From positions 70,866,001 to 70,930,000 of the forward strand of contig NW_027362767.1 in assembly GCF_046119375.1 (NCBI RefSeq): a DNA stretch of 64,000 nt, written 5' to 3'. This stretch comes from Phyllobates terribilis. Lineage: Eukaryota. Shown piece after piece: positions 58,961 to 64,000 of this stretch. Every line of letters starts with the position of its first letter. Within the stretch, counting starts at the first letter, position 1. Both the position numbers and the translations under genes were made by a program. Under the pieces are notes generated by a model. It had not been told where the DNA came from, did not search any database, and saw nothing but the letters and a program-made list of their open reading frames with translations.

Positions 58961-59279
58961 GGATTCACATTACATTTGCTTTTTGATTATCCCCCCTTTA
59001 TCTTCCACTTTTGTTTTTTCCTTCCATTCTTTCACAAGCCATAACTTTTTGTTTTTTCTTTTTCTATCAACGTAATTCTTTTTTTGTGCTCGGCTGTTGT
59101 TTTTATTAATACCATTTTGGGGTCTATACATTTTGATCACATTTTTTTTTGGTAACTGCAGTGACAAAAAAAATGGCAATTCTAACTTTTTTTTTTTTTT
59201 CTCCATTTCTGCATTCACCTTGTGGGATAAATATTTTTATAATATATTAGATTGAGCAATTGCGCACCTGGAAACACCG

Positions 59280-59313
<34 letters not shown>

Positions 59314-59795
59314 TATATATACTTTTGGAGAAAACTGATTGATTTACACTATATATACCTCTCACCTCATAACAGACACAATCAATAGTTGCCTTACAAT
59401 CTGGATTCTTCACTTTTTTTTGTATTTTTAAGGATATATACCGTATGTACAATTTTTTTTTTTTACATTTTAATTTATTCCCCTTGGGGAGCTTAGTACA
59501 ATACTTCCTTATTGCATTGTGAAATTAAATATCTACCGCGATCGTGCTGCATGGTTTGTCGGCGGCTGTAAAAACTGATGGCCGATGTGAAGGGTTTTAA
59601 ATGTGGCTTCACGTCAGCATCTAAGAGTTTATATTGATGCGATCCGAGCGTGCTCCGATCGCATCTGTTACTGTATGGTGTTGGCTGTGCAACAGAGCCG
59701 GCACCTGCGTTGCAAAGAGGGGGCTCAGCTCCTTAGGACGATCCATATAGTGATAGCGCATAGCCCCTGTACATGGCAGCTAATGCTAAATAATA

Positions 59796-61332
59796 CACTG
59801 CTCAAAAAAATAAAGGGAACACTCAAATAACACACCCTAGATCTGAATGAATGAAATATTCTCATTGAATACTTTGTTCTGTACAAAGTTGAATGTGCTG
59901 ACAACAAAATCACACAAAAATCATCAATGGAAATCACATTTATTAACCAATGGAGGCCTGGATTTGGAGTCACCCTACAAAATTAAAGTGGAAAAACACA
60001 CTACAGGCTGATCCAACTTTGATGTAATGTCCTTAAAACAAGTCAAAATGAGGCTCAGTATTGTGTGTGGCCTCCACGTGCCTGTATGACCTCCCTACAA
60101 CGCCTGGGCATGCTCCTGATGAGGTTGCGGATGGTCTCCTGTGGGATCTCCTCCCAGACCTGGACTAAAGCATCCGCCAACTCCTGGACAGTCTGTGGTG
60201 CAACGTGACGTTGGTGGATGGAGCGAGACATGATGTCCCAGATGTGCTCAATCGGATTCAGGTCTGGGGAATGGGCGAGCCAGTCCATAGCTTCAATGCC
60301 TTCATCTTGCAGGAACTGTTGACACACTCCAGCCACATGAGGTCTGGCATTGTCCTGCATTAGGAGGAACCCAGGGCCAACCGCACCAGCATATGGTCTC
60401 ACAAGGGGTCTGAGGATCTCATCTCGGTACCTAATGGCAGTCAGGCTACCTCTGGCGAGCACATGGAGGGCTGTGCGGCCCTCCAAAGAAATGCCACCCC
60501 ACACCATTACTGACCCACTGCCAAACCGGTCATGCTGAAGGATGTTGCAGGCAGCAGATCGCTCTCCACGCCATCTTCAGACTCTCACGTCTGTCACATG
60601 TGCTCAGTGTGAACCTGCTTTCATCTGTGAAGAGCACAGGGCGCCAGTGTTCTGTGGCAAATGCCAAGCGTCCTGCATGGTGTTGGGCTGTGAATACAAC
60701 CCCCATCTGTGGACGTCGGGCCCTCATACCACCCTCATGGAGTCGGTTTCTAACCCTTTGTGCAGACACATGCACACTTGTGGCCTGCTGGAGGTCATTT
60801 TGCAGTGCTCCTCCTGTTCCTCCTTGCGCAAAGGCGGAGGTAGCGGTCCTGTTGCCCTCCTACGGCACCCTCCACGTCTCCTGGTGTACTGGCCTGTCTC
60901 CTGGTAGCGCCTCCAGCCTCTGGACACTACGCTGACAGACACAGCAAACCTTCTTGCCACAGCTCGCATTGATGTGCCATCCTGGATGAGCTGCACTACC
61001 TGAGCAACTTCTGTGGGTTGTAGAGTCCGTCTCATGCTACCACGAGTGTGAAAGCACAACCAACATTCAAAGGTGACCATAACATCAGCCAGAAAGCATT
61101 GGTACTGAAATGTGGTCTGTGGTCCCCACCTGCAGAACCACTCCTTTATTGAGGGTGTCTTGATAATTGCCAATAATTTCCATCTATTGTCTATTCCATT
61201 TGCACAACAGCATGTGAAATTGATTGTCAATCAGTGTTGCTTCCTAAGTGGACAGTTTGATTTCACAGAAGTTTGATTTACTTGGAGTTATATTCTGTTG
61301 TTTAAGTGTTCCCTTTATTTTTTTGAGCAGTG
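59796..61332 (-). mobile_element. Tc1-like DD34E transposon, frameshifted
   Basis: TA-flanked ~28-bp TIRs (cactgctcaaaaaaataaagggaacact / agtgttccctttatttttttgagcagtg). Transposase pieces from 61035 to 60055 with FTDESRF, MQDNARPH and SPDLNPIE (34 spacing). Confidence 0.92.
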
Positions 61333-64000
61333 TATATACAGTATCTGTCATTAGACTGAGCGCTTGAGGTGGTTTACCAAGTCAGTGAGTGGTCATCATC
61401 CCGAAAACACACTTTGATTCTATGATTGGGACCCTGCTTTGACCCCTCTATTGACTAATCAGATTCACCTGCGAGAGCCTTTACATTCTCATCATCACAT
61501 TGAATCCTGGACACTTATTTAGTTTCATGAGGAGGGCCACATAAGTGGTCGAAAAGCCACAGACATGAAGCACAAGAGTATATTCAGTTGTGTATTCTGT
61601 AAAACTGACTTTTTTCCATTTATGTAATATAATGTGCTACTTATGTGTGTTATGTGATAAATCTGACAAGCTGCCATTCCTGCTTTTATTTTTAAGCCCA
61701 AACTAGAAGCTTACCTTCATAAGTTCTTCACCTAAATCGTGGCTCTCAACATTGTTTTTTAGGCCAGGGAATCCCTATTCAGTCATTGCCCACACCGAGG
61801 AATCCTAATGGAATATTCACACACGGCAGATTTATTGACGACATTTCTGTTACTCTTCTTTTCATCTGAATGAGGCTAGCAGAAATCCATGGCTATGCTG
61901 CAGAAAAAGATATGGACACCTATGACATGGAAAATAAAACTATTGTTTTACATGCTAGTTATTACTTTTAGTTAATAAAACTGCAGTTTCAATATTCAGC
62001 CCCCCTGATATATAGTTTACAGCATGAGTTTCAGATTTTTCTCTTGTAGGACTGCCCCTCACTGTAATACATGCTGGATATGAGGTCTGTGTGTATCCAG
62101 GGTTCTGCTGTGTTCATCAGCTCATGTATCAGCACAGCTTCTATCCTGCACTGATTTCCTCTTCATGTGCTTTCCCCCTTTTCTATAGCCTGTTTTCTCT
62201 GCCCTCCATGACACTGTAGTGGCTTTCTCCTATGTCCATATTCTGGATATCTGTGTACAACCATTTATCCGCTGCTATCTCTTATCACTGAGAGAAGCGG
62301 AGAGCAAAGAGCCGTCATAGCCAGTACTTGTAACATTTTTGCAGAGCACTCAGCTAGGTAATGATGTTACAGACTTTGCGACAGCAAAACTATAGAAAAT
62401 TTCTAATGCTAGCTGGTTAGAAAGTGGCTTAACTTTGCCTTTAGGTAGCAAATGAACAACAACAAGAAAATCTGTTTACAAAGCCTTTATATTGCAGAAA
62501 TTCATGAAAAAAACTTCTGCATGTGAATATACCTTACCTGGAAGGGAAGTCACCAGATCACTTTATGGCTGTGATGTTACCTCTGTATTGCCAGGTGACG
62601 TGTTCTCTGTATGCACAGTGTGTCCAGAAGTGTGAACACCTTACCCATATTAGAAGTATGTCCGATGCATGTGATAGCCCCACTGAGTTCTGGTGTGAAT
62701 GCGTGCTTGTGATCAATGGCTGCCACGTGCAATATGCCACTCTGGATCCCCAGGGATCAACAGTGGACAATAGGGTAACTTGAGTCTGGTCATTCTTGCT
62801 ACAATAACATGAAAACCAACATGGTTCTTGATATCACTGATAGATGACACCATACATGTGTGATCTCATAAGAATATATCACCTACTTCTGCTAATGGCT
62901 CCATGCCGTGATAGGTGGAGGCATCCCAAATGAGGGCGCTGCTGGGAATAAACCAGGATTAAAGAGCTGCGTCCTCAGCAATTCCTGCATTAGGCTAAGT
63001 TCACATATAGGTTTTTGAGTTGGACAAATCCAATGCCTCTATGTAGAAGGTTTTTAAAAAAAAAAAAAAAAGTTTTGGAAAAGTTTTTTGAAGTTTTATT
63101 TGCAGTCTTTTGATTGAACAATGCCTAGCTTGGAGAGGTTTCATTCAGAATCTGCTTCAAAGAAGTGAAATACACTCATTTTTTTTACATCAGGTATTTT
63201 CAAAACCCCTTCAGGGAAAAAAAATCCCTAATGTGAATTTCTCATAGAAATGAATAGGAATGGGTTTCCAAGAGGTTTTTTTTTGGAGCAGATTGGCTCC
63301 AAAAGCGAATGTAGCCTTAGCTCAGACAGCTGTGTTTTCAGTCAATGGGCAAAACTGATAGAACACAGACTTCAGTAAATTAATGTTTTCTATACTGGCA
63401 AAGTGCAGCGGTGCACAGTTACCAACATTTTTGGAGCTATTTAAGCCCTGCCCCAAAGCGCCTGTGAATACCCACTTTATGCCCAGGAGTCCAAGGGCTT
63501 CGGGATCATTGACAATTAGGCCAATTTCTCCTGTATTTTGGATGAGACCTGCAGACATTATTCCTATAGCATCATTTTTAATGGATCCATTGCTGAGATT
63601 ACATAGAAAACTGAAATGGGCCTTTTATTATTTTTTTTTTAAATTGTGACTGTAAATACAGACATATAAACTACCATACAGTTGCAAAAAAGGAAGGTTT
63701 TTCAGACACTGGTGTGAACTGAGTCTTATATGTGCTGCACCAGCACCAGACTTCAGCTCATCAACATTCATAGTTCAGCATGGGGGTATGTGGGCTACAC
63801 CTTTGTGAGATGGAGCTGTATAGATATTTTTCCAACACCCTGGCATTTTAGTAAAAAACAAACAAACAATGCAATACAAATGTTTTGAAAAAACAAACAA
63901 ACATGATTTTATTTAAAATAAATAAAAGATGCAGGAGCTGCTCTGTGTGAATGGGGGAGTTTTCCTTTAATTGAATGTGCTCAGCTCTTGCACCTCATGT

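Noticed and set aside
1-64000. tRNA, rRNA, snoRNA and CRISPR arrays
   Set aside because: None recognised by inspection; a covariance-model scan (tRNAscan-SE, Infernal/Rfam) would be needed to exclude small RNAs.

Overview
Vertebrate genomic DNA, most likely an anuran amphibian (inferred from the repeat families). Three spliced protein-coding genes were reconstructed by hand, each with GT-AG introns and consistent exon phases: CCDC175 (+, 20 coding exons, 9357-42951, 752 aa), JKAMP (-, 7 coding exons, 50195-43719, 311 aa) and L3HYPDH (+, 5 exons, 50379-58960, 346 aa, Cys/Thr dehydratase signature). This is the CCDC175><JKAMP<>L3HYPDH arrangement known from mammals, and JKAMP and L3HYPDH share a 183-bp CpG-island spacer. 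Introns and flanks are packed with mobile DNA: five to six Tc1/mariner elements (two are DD38E Intruder-type), a CR1 LINE, an L1-like LINE, a non-autonomous Helitron, solo LTRs (one nested in another), TTAA/TA MITEs and several minisatellites. Most other ORFs in the supplied track are repeat-derived or antisense artefacts. The most unusual signals are: (i) Penelope-type minimal hammerhead-ribozyme motifs at three intronic loci, one with an apparent compensatory A3-U8 core pair and two inside fold-back structures; (ii) two short-IR-flanked micro-inversions, one flipping a transposase start codon and one a TIR tip; (iii) a minisatellite that multiplies the L3HYPDH exon-1 splice donor together with CTCF-like motifs.
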